This document shows, piece by piece, positions 1-12,687 of a stretch of 64,000 nt of DNA. Made by a program: the position numbers and the translations under genes. This stretch comes from Anthoceros angustus (taxonomy: Eukaryota > Plantae > Anthocerotophyta): NCBI GenBank assembly GCA_010909165.1, contig VJWM01000019.1:1054001-1118000 (forward strand), read 5' to 3'. Numbering within the stretch: the first letter of the stretch is position 1; every line of letters starts with the position of its first letter. Below the pieces are notes generated by a model that worked only from the letters and a program-made list of their open reading frames with translations, ran no database searches and was not told the origin of the DNA.

Positions 1-794
1 AATGGAAAGCTCTTGTTGGACCTCCCACAAAGCTGCAGGAAGTTGTAAGCATTAAGCGGTAGTTGGGTACCTGCACCATGTGCATCTCGTGTGTACATCA
101 TGGTTCTGAATTCTCTTGTTGTAATGCAGGTTCGTGGAGTACGTCCAATTCCGCTCGTTGAAATGGCAGACCTATTTACAAGCATCCATATCGCTGTTGC
201 CCCTGGGCTTGTGAGTACATCGATGTACATCAGGATTGCTTGTGTCATGGTATAGTAAGAAGTAACGAAGCAGCATGTCTCTAATGTAACATTTGAATGT
301 GTGGCTGAACTGTTGCAGGACCCGAACCCAAATAACATTGTAGCAGCTGCAACTTTCTTCTCTGAGGCTGGAGGTGCCATCATGTCTCTGGTGAGTCCTA
401 GATGAAAGCGTGACAAGGGCCTCCCTACTCACCTGCTGCTGTTAGCACTAACAAGAATTGTGCTCACAGATCCGGGTGGAAACCGATCCCGCTGACAGAA
501 CCCAAGTGCGACTTACAGTGGCAACTCCAGATCCCGCTGTGACCTTCGAGTGAGTCTCGTATGAAGTACAAAGCACGTGCTATGCTTTGCTCTTGAGAAC
601 AACTCTTTTCATAAGGGTTCTGTATGTTTTGCAGGCTGAAGGAATATATCAAGGACCAATTAGTGGATATCCCATCGGAAACGGCTGCATTTATCTCTGC
701 ACCGCTGGCACCTCCCAGTGCCCCAGCCCCTGCTCCTACGCCGCAATCTTTGGGTTTCACAGGCCCTGCAGCTGCACTTGCCGGTTTACTGTAA
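1..794 (+). CDS. AP2A1: AP-2 complex subunit alpha (alpha-adaptin), last five exons (1-44, 130-210, 319-390, 470-549, 635-794); 5' part lies outside the window
   Basis: Splicing at GT-AG boundaries gives WKALVGPPTKLQEV-VRGVRPIPLVEMADLF...DPNPNNIVAAATFFSE...IRVETDPADRTQVRLTVATPDPAVTFELKEYIKDQL...AAALAGLL*. This matches the plant alpha-adaptin C-terminal appendage as I recall it (PPxKLQEVVRGVRP, DPNPNN, ETDPADRTQ, ending LAGLL). Confidence 0.92.
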
Positions 795-1588
795 CCCCTG
801 TCTTGTGTCGCTCAGTCTGGTGCCTGGTGCTCAGCATCGCTAGCACGATGCTTATGATTTCACTCCGGAGGTTTATGCTTTATCTTGCAAGTGGTTATCA
901 GGAATTGCATGACCCAGTGACATCTGATGATGACTTCTGGAACGGCCGTGTATGTTGTGCCACATGCCTGTCAAATGCCTAAGCTTCAGCCTCGTAAGGT
1001 GCATGAAACCTTTAACCATGGTTGCAGGAACTAGATCTCATTCTTGAGGGTACCTATAAGAAAATGCAAGCATGCCGCTGCCGATTTATTGTCTCAATTG
1101 TATTGGTACTTATGTTAGGTCTCTTGTTCCATTCCTTGTCACTAGAGTGCCCGTTGCGTATGGGATTGCCCGACTCTAGTGATTGTTCAAAGCACAGGGA
1201 GCCGGGAATTAGGGTTGTCATTTTTGTCAAGAAATTGAATCGCTAGTGCGGGGTTGCAGCCCAACACCTAATCAGTTACCTCATAATAAGGCGGGGCTTT
1301 TTGAAATTTTTGCCTCTAAGTAAGATTTTGTTACGTATTTAAATTATATTATAGGTTAACCGTGCCCCTACGGAGGAAGATTGGTAGCATTTGTCTGCCC
1401 GTGTGATGTGGATTAAGTATCCAACAGCCTTGCTACCACGCACTGACATAGCCGAGTTGGTCTGGCGCCAGTGTAGCATTCTGGTCCGAAATGGTTCGGG
1501 TTGGGATTCCGTTGTCAAGACTTCCTATCAGTCTTCTTCAGTCTTCACTCTGTCCATAGACTGTGCTGTCGAAGTGTACAGTTTGGCT

Positions 1589-3400
1589 ATGGCAGAGGCA
1601 TCGCCCATCGCTCAGCTGAGTCTACCTCGTTCCTCCTCCCCCTCTGCTAGCTTGTTCCTACGTGGGCTCCAGGAATCAAACCCTCGCTCCTACCTGTGAT
1701 CATTTTCTTTCTCAATCCCTTTGCGAATGATCACAACCGGCTTTTTGTGTTGTGGATGCGCACATCAGTGCACCTGTTCTGCCCTGCCGAAACTGGAAAA
1801 CCGGTCGGATCTCGCGACCCTGCTGGATCGCCGCCATCAAGGTAGCATTGCGTCAGAATTCACAGATTCCGCCAGCCAGAGCGTGGAGGCCCTGCTGCGC
1901 ACAAGTTCAGGATGATACAACTCCCAGCATTGCGACGGTACACGCGCCTGGAGACGAAACTTGAGCTTCTTCCTGTGACACAAGTGGGGAAGAAGAAGAA
2001 GGCAGGGTATCGAACTTGGATGCGTTTTGATTCTCTAGGGGCCTCGGAGAAGATGGAGCTGGACAGAAATGCTCTCGTGAGAATGGCCGGACTTTCTGCT
2101 CGCGATCTTCGAATTCTAGGACCGATATTTGCTCAGTCATCTTGCATCCTTGGTAAGGCGCTAGGTCAAGCCTCTGAATCCGGCCATCCTGCGTGAACAT
2201 TCAGCTTCCGTCCTGTGGTTTCTCTGACGCGTCTGGTGTGCTTGTGATGCAGCAAGGGAACGAGCCATGGTGGTGAACCTGGAATTCATTAGGGCAATTG
2301 TGACGGCAGAAGAGGTTTTCCTTCTTTGGTCTTCCAATCAGCAGGTCACGAAGTTCGCAGATGAGCTCAGTACGCAGTTGCCTAAGGTAGACTCCCCCCG
2401 AGTTGCGGAAGCAGCAGGAGATGGCATGCCGGAACAGCTTCCGTTCGAGTTTAGGGTTTTGGAGATTGCTCTTGAGGTGGTCTGCAGCTATTTGGACGTC
2501 AAGGTATACGATCTGGAACGGAACGCACATCAAGCTATCGAGGCCCTTACTGAAAGTGTGAGTACTGAGAAGCTGGAGTCCGTCCGAACTGCGAAGAGTG
2601 AGCTCACACGTCTGACTGCTCGCGTCCAGAAGGTGTTGCATCTCCTCTGTTGTCAAGATCTAGCCAAGCAGTGTCATGCAGTGCTTCACTTCTAACTGTC
2701 ATCTAACTGTCACCCTTTGCTTGTGGCTTAGGTCAAGGAGGAGCTTGAGCAGCTGCTTGATGATGACGAGGATATGGCGGATCTTTACCTCACACGCAAA
2801 ATGGTGCAATGGCAAAATGTGGGCTCTCCATCAGAAGCTGACATCTCTGGGAACGAATTAGTTGCCCGACCCCAAACTGCTTCTGCGGGCTTCCGTGGCT
2901 CTGCAAGTATAATCACCGCTACCACAGGGAGTGAAAACAGTGTGGACGAGTTGGAGATGCTTCTGGAGCTCTACTTCATGCAGACAGACCGAACTCTGAA
3001 CAAGCTTGCTAGGGTAAGTTACCGCCTCTTATTAGCCATTCAGATAACTTGTTCTGAGATGGGACACAGGACGCTCATGCGGGAACTCTTCCCGAATTGC
3101 TCATGTCTCGTGCAGCTCAGAGGGCACATTCACGATACCGAAAACCTTGTCAACATCGAGCTCGACAACAAACGCAACAATTTGATTCAGTTGGAGCTGA
3201 TAGTGACTGCTGCATCCATGTCCATCGCCTTTTGTACTGCAGTCTGCAGCGCTTTCAGCATTAACCCACCCGTCTTTTTGTATTCCTCTGATAACGAGCA
3301 TGGCTTTCTTTGTGTGGCGATTGGGGGGCCTGTGCTCAGTTTCCTTATTTTCACTCTTGTTTTAGTCTATGCTCGCAAAAAGAAGCTTATCGGATCTTGA
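1589..3400 (+). CDS. MRS2-4: CorA/MRS2 magnesium transporter, MRS2-4/MGT6-like. Exons ~1589-1695, 1769-2152, 2253-2632, 2732-3013, 3116-3400; one apparent frameshift near 1955-1962
   Basis: Motifs WMRFD, ARDLRILGP, ARERAMVVNLEFIRAIVTAEEV, LPFEFRVLEIALEVVCS, DMADLYLTRK, LEMLLELYF, DTENLVNIELDN, and C-terminus YARKKKLIGS. Core exons join in frame at canonical splice sites. The start at 1589 is less certain. Confidence 0.87.
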
Positions 3401-3469
3401 TGAAATCCCGTCTTGGCCCAACCACCTAGTGTTATGCTTTGTAAATGTAGTGCCCTAGACCCAAACGAT

Positions 3470-4930
3470 TGAAGTAGTTGAACACAAAGGGTTTAACCAG
3501 GACGTTTCATTCGGCCGAAGGTCTTACGAAAGATGATACGCTATAAAGGCTGTTAACGCGGGAATTCATTTTCGGAGTCTTTCGTAGTTGTTCGAGTTTT
3601 CCAGCAGCAGCAGATTATCTTCCCTCCTGCATTTCCGCACCTGAATCGACAATTATTCGTTTGAGTGCCTTTGGAGCGGATCGAGTGCTGTATATACGCG
3701 GACTGGCTGTCGAATGTGAGTACAACGATCATGATGTTTGGATTGGTAGTCTTCTGGCATCTGAGTTTTAAAGGTCTTTGGTCGTGGAATGTTTGCAAAA
3801 ATGCATGCAACTTGGACGATGTCTCCAAGCAAACGTATCTTATTCTAATCTTTAGTTCGCTTGGGAGCTCCAGATCTCTTTCGTAAGCAGCTCACGTCGC
3901 TCATCGATACGGTATACCTATTCTTGATTACAGTGTCCTGATACAGAGGAGATGGCGGATTTCTACGACTTTCTGGCCACTTGTTTCGCCGTAAACAGCG
4001 TTTTATTTGGTGCGGCGGCTACTATCGAAGCAATTTTATATTGTTTAGTGCAGATCAGTAGCCGCAGACAAGCTGCACCAGGAGCTGGCGAAGGGAATTG
4101 ACAAATCAGCTGCACCATCAGCTGGTGCTCGGAATTCGTTGGGGCAGGCAAGCAGTCTAGTATGATGAATTTACATGGCTCCAGGCCCCGATCTATTCAA
4201 TTGCCAATCATGGTGGCCATGGTCCATTTGCCACTCATGCCTCGTCCCCGGGATTCCAGTGAGCGGATCATCAGGCTTGTTAGTTCAGGGGAACGCTATC
4301 TGAACAAGTTATCAATGTCGATCATGGCCGACATCAGGAGGCTCTTAATAGCCCTGTTGTACTGGATTCATCTGGATGATATCTTTAGATACAACTTCTA
4401 TGCTACAACTTTCAAGTCAAGTCAAGAGCTCCTACCTCTTTCCTCCTTTGCACCCTGCAATAAGATTGAACTTCATTACCCTGAGACTTGATATACCGAA
4501 TGACTGGACAAAAGCTTGTCTACATCTTTTATGCAGCAACATATTTTCAAGTGAAGCAAGCCCTAGCTATCTCTTGCCTCCACTAGAAGTTATGATAAGA
4601 TGTACTTTAGTCACTTTCACGCTCCGTCTCTTGGAACATTATAAACTTTTTGGTTTAATCATTTTAATATTTTTCTTTATAGTGTAAATATTTCTAGGTG
4701 GCAATTCAAATTTACATGCACATACCAATCTTCGCTGGGCTTTAACGTTATTTAAATCTTGATATTTAAAAATTAAATATTTAAACAAACACTAGTCTTT
4801 ATTAACTGTAGTCTTCAAAGTTTCATGTGTTCATAATTTTTATATAGTATTATAATATAATTTTTATATAATCTAATAATAAAATATTTTGATAAAATTA
4901 TCCTACTTGTGATTATCATCTTTTTTTAAC
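3470..4930. repeat. MRS2 3' flank, copy 1 of a diverged segmental duplication (copy 2 at ~14440-15960)
   Basis: Colinear shared words, e.g. ggacgtttcattcggccgaaggtcttacgaaa vs ggacgtttgatccggccgttaggtcttacgaaa, and cgcagacaagctgcaccag in both copies. Confidence 0.85.
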
Positions 4931-5487
4931 ATTTTCAGACTATCATAGCTCAACATGATCAGACCCAACAGCACCAAAGACCAAAAAGGTTTGCACAAAA
5001 TACCATAAAAGCTTGAGGCATCTCATCAAACTCTAAGGTAGCCACATGCATTTCAAATTAAAAGAAAGGTGTAGTAAGCATATATAGAAATCCAAAGATT
5101 ATTATAAACAATAAATATATAAATAGGTATAGGATAGATAAGTTATTTCATTTTATTTAACAACCATTTGAACATAATTACAACCAACATTCGGTTGCAA
5201 ATGGATTTTTGGTTTGACCAACCCAAGATCCTTCTTATGCACTTAAATGAGAAACGTAGACCATTCTCATTCTAAACATCATCCCCAATAACCAGAAACA
5301 GTAAATTTGCTGTATTCTATAGACTGTATAAAATGTAATTATCATATTTTTTTGGTATAAAAATAATCGATGTAATAGTTTAGTAAATATAGATATTAGA
5401 TCAGAATTTAGATGAGATAGATTTAGACTGAGACGGGAGGATTCATAATGTTTGGCTCCCTTTCATCGGCAAGCTGTGTATGTGATA

Positions 5488-5790
5488 GCCATTTGTGTTG
5501 CTCGCCTTCATTTGTGTTGTTCTTTGGCTCTATTTGTGTTGTTCTAGTCTCCATTGTGGCTCTATTTGTGTTAATTCAGTCTCCATTGTGTTGTTCGACG
5601 GTCAATTTGTGTTGTTCCTAATGTCCATTTGTGTTGTTCTCATTTCTATTTGTATTTTTCTCCATGGTGTTGCTGAATGAGTCTATTTGTGTTGTTCCTA
5701 ATGTCCATTTGTATTGTTCTCGTCTCCATTTGTGTTGCTCGATGTGTCCGTTTGTATTGCTCCTTTATCTCTATTTGTGTTGCTTGCTGT
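5488..5790 (+). repeat. Degenerate ~21-bp tandem repeat (core ATTTGTGTTGTTC)
   Basis: More than ten recurrences of atttgtgttg(t/c)tc at roughly 20-22 bp spacing. Confidence 0.8.
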
Positions 5791-5835
5791 CTGTCCTCAC
5801 TCTCCAGATGTGGAACCTGTTTTTATCTACTTTGT

Positions 5836-5991
5836 TGTAAAATCTCAAATGTTATGTGCCTCATTGGCAAGCTCTGTAAAACCTCAAATGTTATGTGCCT
5901 CACGTGCAAGGTCTGTAAAATCTCAAATGTTATATGCCTCACCAGCAAGCTCTGTAAAATCTCAAATGTTATGTGCCTCACCGGCAAGCTC
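5836..5991 (+). repeat. 39-bp minisatellite, 4 copies (TGTAAAATCTCAAATGTTATGTGCCTCACCAGCAAGCTC)
   Basis: Four near-identical adjacent units read directly. Confidence 0.95.
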
Positions 5992-6326
5992 TCCTTCGTA
6001 CTAATCAATCTAGTGTGGTTCCCATTTGTCTACGTTGTTCAATTTGTGTACGTTGAACAACGTATTTGTGTGAGGAACCTGGCTCTAGGTTCGTGCCGCT
6101 TCTTAGCTGTGACCAACTATAACTCTATGTATACCATATATATGGCATATAGTCTGTCAATGATGATTAAAATGATTCCCTCAGTTTATTTTGCCGCAAA
6201 TGTATTGCTCAAAAGAAAATCCCGACATGCCTCCTACCGTGTGTGTGTGACCTCATGAATTCTGTGATGTTGACAGTGGCCGCGACTGTGGCGTTCCATC
6301 TGTGGCATTTGGAATAAGACCTCACC

Positions 6327-6565
6327 TGTCACAGATCAGCTCTGTGAGGCTTGAGCCAGGATTCGATTGGAGGAAATTGGCTGCTTGTTCGCCTTCCGAT
6401 GTCTCTTGTACCCGATCCGCTCAGTTAAGAATCACCGTCCGCCGCTGCGACGGGTTCAACTAACTATACATGTGGACGGGCTCAACTAACTATGCCCGCA
6501 TTTATACTGAATTATCCCGGTATTTATTCCGGTATTTATTCCGGTATTTATCCCGGTATTTATTC
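6327..6565 (-). repeat. 3' LTR of element 1, truncated on its inner side (no PPT visible)
   Basis: Matches 12688-~12910, then jumps into post-integrase sequence instead of continuing to ...GGCTGTGACA. Confidence 0.85.
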
Positions 6566-6968
6566 CCGTCCGGGAACGGACGGGGTGATTGAGGTGTGAG
6601 TGTGTGGTGCGGGGCCGAGAAGGCTTGGGAGATCGGACAAGGGACGGCAGGATCGAGGTTTATACGCCGGGGCTCGGCTGGAGAGCTGGGAAACTGGCGG
6701 ATGCCCGGGGCGGGTGTTGGAGGAGGGTAAAGAGAGGTTGGGACTGAGAGGGCGCACTCGCAGTGATGGACGGAGGGCTGGGGTTGGGGCCTACGGCGAT
6801 GGGCCGGGGTTGGGGTCTGGTCCTACGGCGATGGGCCGGATGCTGGGTTCTGAACATGCGGCGATTGGCCAGGAGCGGGGGTCTGAACCCGCGGGGAGGT
6901 ATTGAGGTGTGTACCTGGGATGAGGCGGCGGGCCTGCACGGGTGTCTTAGCTCGCCATGGGCTGGAGA

Positions 6969-9900
6969 CTAGACGCTGGTGGCGATGGGCGAGGCAAGCG
7001 ATGGGCTTGATGGAGGAGGCGAGGGGCCGGACGTGTTTGGGTGGGGACCGGACGGGTCTGGGAGTAGGGTTGGTGTGCACGAGGGGAGGGAGGAAGGGCG
7101 AGAGATGACGGGTTTCAACATAGAGACATAGAAAGTGCGACATAGGCGCCAACCAGCAGGGAGATCAAGCTGGTAGGCGACGGGGTTGATCTGTCTGGAA
7201 ATTCTGAAGGGTCCAGCAAAGCGATAAGACAATTTGTCTTTTGTCTGGATGAGGTAGCTATTTGAGTCTGCATCACCGTCCCAAGTTGTAGACGACGCCT
7301 CCGTGCCGATTTGCGTAGTTTCGTAACGGTTGCAAGGAGTTTCGCTGGCAAGCTTAACTTCCGAAATATGTCCTCATTGTCTCGGCCATGGGTCTTCCAC
7401 TTATCCTCGGGGGAAGGCCGAGACCGGGTGGGGATTTTCCGTCACAGAGCTTGTAAGGGACACAAGCAGATGCTTGGATGTGTTGTAGGCAAACTCGAGT
7501 AACGGTAAGAGGTCTTCCCATTTCCCTTGTTTCTCATGGGTAAAGTGGCAAAGCATGTCTTCGAGTACCTGGTTTTGTTTCTCGGTTTGGCCGTCAGTCT
7601 CTGGGTGACAAGTAGATGACATATGCTGCTCCATACCGAGAGTCTCGTGAAGGTTCTCCAACCCGAGGTAAACTTCACATCTCCGCCGAGACAATGTTTT
7701 CTGGGGTTCCGTGAAGACGGAAAATTTCCTTGACGAATGTGGGCTAATTTTTGCGGTGATGGTAGACTGGACGGGACGGCGAGGTTTTGTGAGGCGGTCC
7801 ATCACGACCCAGATACTATCACGACCTGACTTGGAGCGAGGTAAGTGAGTGATGAAATCCATGGAAAGGGAGCTGAACCGGCCACTTGGAATTGGAAGCG
7901 GTTGTAGAAGGCCAAATTGTTTCCGTGTTCGCTTGGCTGGTGGATCGGTGAGCGGACCCACTCAATGCGGAGTCCCCGCCCAATGGAAGTGTTCCTTGAC
8001 TCTAGCATAAGTTTTATCGATGCCTAGGTGACTGCTATGGGGTGTCATGAAGGTCATGGAGAATAGCTTTTGACATGTTGGAGTTGGTCCGGATGACAAG
8101 CCTACCTTTTCAGATATGCAGGCCTTTGGTGAGTAGAGTTGGGTGAGGTGGGTTGACCTAGCTTGGCATCCGTGAGCGTGTCGTTGTGGCCATTTGTGGA
8201 GAGGGGTCATGGGGAACGTCTGTACTAACCCGATTGTGTCGAGTTGGGACGACATAAGTGCACAAGCTCGGGTGAGGGCATCCGCGATGTATTGAAGCTC
8301 CAAAGACATACTTAATATCAAAGTTGAAGTCCGCTGTACTCACCTCCTTTGTCGGCATTCGTTTGGTTGAGTGAAAAATATTGAAGTGAATGGTGATCGG
8401 TGTTGCGGTGAAGCTGCCTAATAAGTAGTGTCTCCATACCGAGGCGTGAACTATGGCCAGCATTTCTTTGTCGTGAGCAGGATAGTTAAGAGAGCACCTT
8501 GTAGTTTTTGATTCATATGCAATCACCGCCATGTTGTGTTAGCACCGCTAGCAAAGTCGGCATCGGTGTACTACGTAGGGAGCTTGGGGATGCAGCTAGG
8601 ACCGGAGCACCCGGGGACCGCTTAGGGTTTGGAACGCTGACGGGGAGAGTTGGAGGGGTTGACTAGCTGGCTGACGGAGGGCATCCGTGAGGGGAACGGC
8701 TATCTTACTGAAATCTTTGATAAAACGGCGATAGAAACCTGCGAGGCCAAGGAAACCTCTCAGCTGCAACAGGTCTTGAGGTAAAGGCCACTCGTCAATG
8801 ACCTTGATTTTTCTAGGGTCTACGTGGATGCCCTGGGCACTGATGATATGACCTAGATACTCACACTCAGGTTGCATGAAGACGCACTTGCTACGCTTGG
8901 CTAGGAGTTGGTGTTTCCGGAGTAAGGTGAAGACTTCTCTAACAAGTTTGTAGTGTGTTTCTACATCCTCGAGTAGATGAGAATATCATCTAAAAATACG
9001 TCCACTCCTCTTCCCAACAGGGGACGGAGGACTTCTTGCATCAGACACTGGAAGGTGGCGGGGGCATTGGTAAGACCAAACGGCATGACAACAAATTCAA
9101 AATGACCATGACGGGTACTTGCGCGTTTTGTACTGCCACCTTCGTGGATACGTGTCGATGGAAGCGACCTTAAGTCGATCTTTGTGAGCAGTGGAGCCGT
9201 GGAGTTGGTCTAGGATGTCGTCAATCCGCGCATTTGGTAAACATTTTGCATGCTTCGCTCACCCCAGATCGAGATGCAGAGTCGCCATGCTCCATCTGGT
9301 TTTGCGACCAGTGAAACGGGTGCCCCAAAGGGTGAGACAGAGGGTCTCACAAACCCATTGGCCAGGAATTCATCCACTTGTCGCTTGATTTCCTCGCTCT
9401 CGGCGCTCGTATGGAGGCATATTGACCGTGTATGTCCGGGTAGGTCGCGGTGGTCGACGCCTCCTAGGTGGTAGGTCCGTAGGTGTTTTGAAGATGTCTG
9501 AACTCCTTCAACATCTGCGCATGTACTGGGAGCATGTCTTCTACTTCTTGACTTTCGCCCTAGACTCGGCCGTGCCTCCTAGTGGCATCACTGCGTTGAG
9601 TCGGCTATATACATGAAGCGCGGGCGGCTTTATTCAAAGTCGAGACATGAGAGGTGCTTGTCCCGGAATGTATTTCTCCCCAGGCATTACAAACTGACGA
9701 TCTCCTACGGACAAGGTAACTACATTTGTATTCCGGTCAATATCTAAGTTGTTGGAATGGCAACTGGCTTACCGATAATGATGTCATGGCATAGGTTCGG
9801 CATGACCGTGAGTTTCATGATTTCTGGTATCCACCGGGAAGGTAAGCATGGCTTCTACCCATTGCTCTCGGCTGGTTTCTCTCTCATTGAGTGCGGTGAC

Positions 9901-11732
9901 CACCGCCGATAGGTCCCACGGATCTTGCTGCCGTCCGGCACCGACCTTGAGATGTAGTGATGACTCGCTCCTGAGTCCAACAATCCCGTGGCAAGTAGCC
10001 CTTCTACCCCCATGAGGAGCTTGATGGGAACATGGTTGTTGCTAGTGAGAGAGTCCGGAGTACCTCCATGGCACACTGCTGCAGCTAGTGTCGATGGAAG
10101 CGACCTTAAGTCGATCTTTGTGAGCAGTGGAGCCGTGGAGTTGATCTAGGATGTCGTCAATCCGCGGCATTTGGTAAACATTTTTGTCTTGTTGCTTTCT
10201 GTTGACCTCGATGAGTCGATCGTCGCCATGCTCCATCGGTTTTGCGACCCGATGCAGTGCCCAAAGGGTGAGACAGAGGGTCTCACAAACCCAGCGGCGA
10301 GAATTCATCCACTTGTCGTTTGATTTCCTCGCTCTCTGCGATGCGCATGGAGGCATATTGGTGGTGTATGTCCGGGTAGGTCGATCACGGTGGTCGGCGC
10401 TTCTCCTAGTGGTAGGTCCGTAGGTGTTTTGAAGATGTCTGAACTCCTTCAACATCTGCGCATGTACTCGGAGCATGTCTTCTACTTCTTGACTTTGGCC
10501 CTAGACTCGGCCGTGCCTCCTGGTGGCATCACTCGTTTGAGTCGGCTATATACATGAAGCCTGGTGGCGGTGCTTTATTCAAAGGCGGGGCAGTAGAGGT
10601 GCTTATGCGGAATGTATTTCTCCCATGCATTACAAGCGAGCTCCTACGGACAAGGTAACTACATTTGTATTCAGTCAATATCTAAGTTGTTGGAATGCGG
10701 TGCCAACGATAATGATGTCATAGGTTCGGCATGTGAGTTTCATGATTTCTGGTATCCACGGGGAAGGTAAGCATGGCTTCTACCCATTGCTCTCGGCTGG
10801 TTTCTCTCTCATTGAGTGCGGTGACCACGTATGGTTGTACGACTCACGGATCTTGAGCTGCCGTCCGGTGACCTTGAGATGTAGTGATGACTCGCTCCAC
10901 GAGTCCAACAATCCGTGGCAAGTAGCCCTTCTACTCCCATGAGGAGCTTGATGGGAACATGGTTGTTGCTAGTGAGAGAGTCAGAGTACCTCCATGGCAC
11001 CTTCTTTGCGGCTAGCTCGGATGGTTCTTCTTCTATCTGTTGAGTGAACCCGTTTTGCGCTCACCGGGTTTCACGGACCGGCCCTCGCAGTCAGCCGAAG
11101 TCGATGAGGGCGCAGAACCGTGCCGGGGGGTGTGAAACACAAGTGCTTGTCCATGTATTGCTTACGTCGTCTCTGTCAATACTTTGAACATCACCTTCTT
11201 GTCGGAAGCATGTGCGCTTTGTTCCACTTGGTTGTGTTCAAATACTTGTATTTGTTGACTCGTAATTCCTTGCACTTTCATTGCCTCCACCGGTGGTGGG
11301 GGTTTGGTAGACGTCGCATCTCTGCCGGAGGCCATCGATTTAATTTCTCGACCGCTCTTCGTCAAGGCGTGGCATATCGAGGGTAACGCAATCGGTCGCA
11401 ATAATCTTGAATGGTACCTTGTTGGGAGATAGTCCAAACTCTTGATATAGGTCTTTCCGATGGTTGATGGGTAGAAATTGTTCTAGAAACGTTGTCCGAA
11501 TAGGTCCAAGAGTGGATGGGTTCCTCCATCCCGAGCTCCACCGCGTTCTCTGCCGCCACCATCGGTATGCATACCTCGAGACATGGTGCAAAAGCGATTC
11601 GATGGTCGTCTTCTCACCGATCTGTGTATCTTTCCATCTTATCGATCCAATCATAGACGGCTTGTCGTCCTTCATAGTCCCGCCAAAGGTGGATGTTTTA
11701 ATCTTCCTCTGCAGTCCCGATCCAATCAGCAC
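6969..11732 (-). pseudogene. Fragmented gag-pol of element 1
   Basis: gag YAYRWWRQR...FLEQFLPINHR; protease LLDSGASHHYI; [11 protein letters not shown] and CEYLGHIISAQGIHVDPRKI; RNase H YPAHDKEMLAIVHA; integrase SLSMDFITHLP and HPETDGQTE; C-terminal [22 protein letters not shown]. Confidence 0.93.
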
Positions 11733-12673
11733 GGACTTGAATGGGAGTTCACCTTCCTCTCCTCGCTGATAGCTTCTTCTTTACCTCAGACTCCTGGCCA
11801 ACGCATGAGTTGTAACCTTCTTGCCAACGCCTTGATCTCTTGATTATCCTTCTCTCCGTAACAACTCGACCAAAAGCTTCTTCGCTTCATCATCGCCTTG
11901 CCTGCACCGGTCATGAGTGGCGCGGTGTCCGGGTCTTGGCCGTTTTCTTCGTTCTCATTGGACCTTCCGTGTGCGGTGGCGGGTGTGGAGTGTTGTTCAC
12001 CGTCGGGCATGGGTGACATTGGGTGACGGTGGATGGGAAGTGTTGGGGTGAGTTGGCCCCAGCTCAGAGGACACCAATGACGCCCAGCGGGCTCGGTTTT
12101 CCTCGAGTTGGCTTCTACTCGACCGATTTTTCCACCTCTCTCAATTGTTTGCCTTGTGTTTCTAGACTTCCGAGATTTCTTCACAGGATCGCTCCACGCA
12201 GTGCGTTCGCAGGCGCAACAAGTTGGGTTGCTGCGCCTTCCTGCTCCGGAGACGTCTTCTCACGTCACGCTGTCCATCTCTCTCGATGTAGGATCCGGAT
12301 GCTTCCTCGCGGGCCGCGCGGCGGGTTCGTCGCGTAGTCCACGATCACCGTCCCTCCCGGCATCGCACCCGCAGTGCAAAATCCTAGCTCGCTTGTTTCT
12401 TGCTGTTTGGCCAACAATTTCTCCCTGCGCCTCGACCGGGTCTCTCGCAGTTCGCCCTGATCTGATATTGGAAAGGCGCCTCCATCGGATCGGTCGCGGC
12501 GGCTCTCCTCCGGACCCGGTCACCAATCCCTTCCGCCGCTTCTTCATCGCTCCGCCGGACCCTACGCGATTGACTTCCGAGATTGGAACGCAATCGCTCA
12601 TCATGGATTTCTCCTGGGCCCCTTGAATCCCGCGTCCAGCCGGCCGCCCGCCTCCGGGCATGGATCGTGAGAG

Positions 12674-12685
12674 GCTCTGATACCA
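12674..12685 (-). promoter_or_regulatory. Primer-binding site (tRNA-iMet type) of element 1
   Basis: Minus strand reads TGGTATCAGAGC two bases inside the LTR. Confidence 0.93.
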
Positions 12686-12687
12686 AA

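Noticed and set aside
5677-6258. 193-aa Cys-rich ORF as a real gene
   Set aside because: It is the translation of the 21-bp and 39-bp tandem repeats; the length being a multiple of 3 keeps the frame open.
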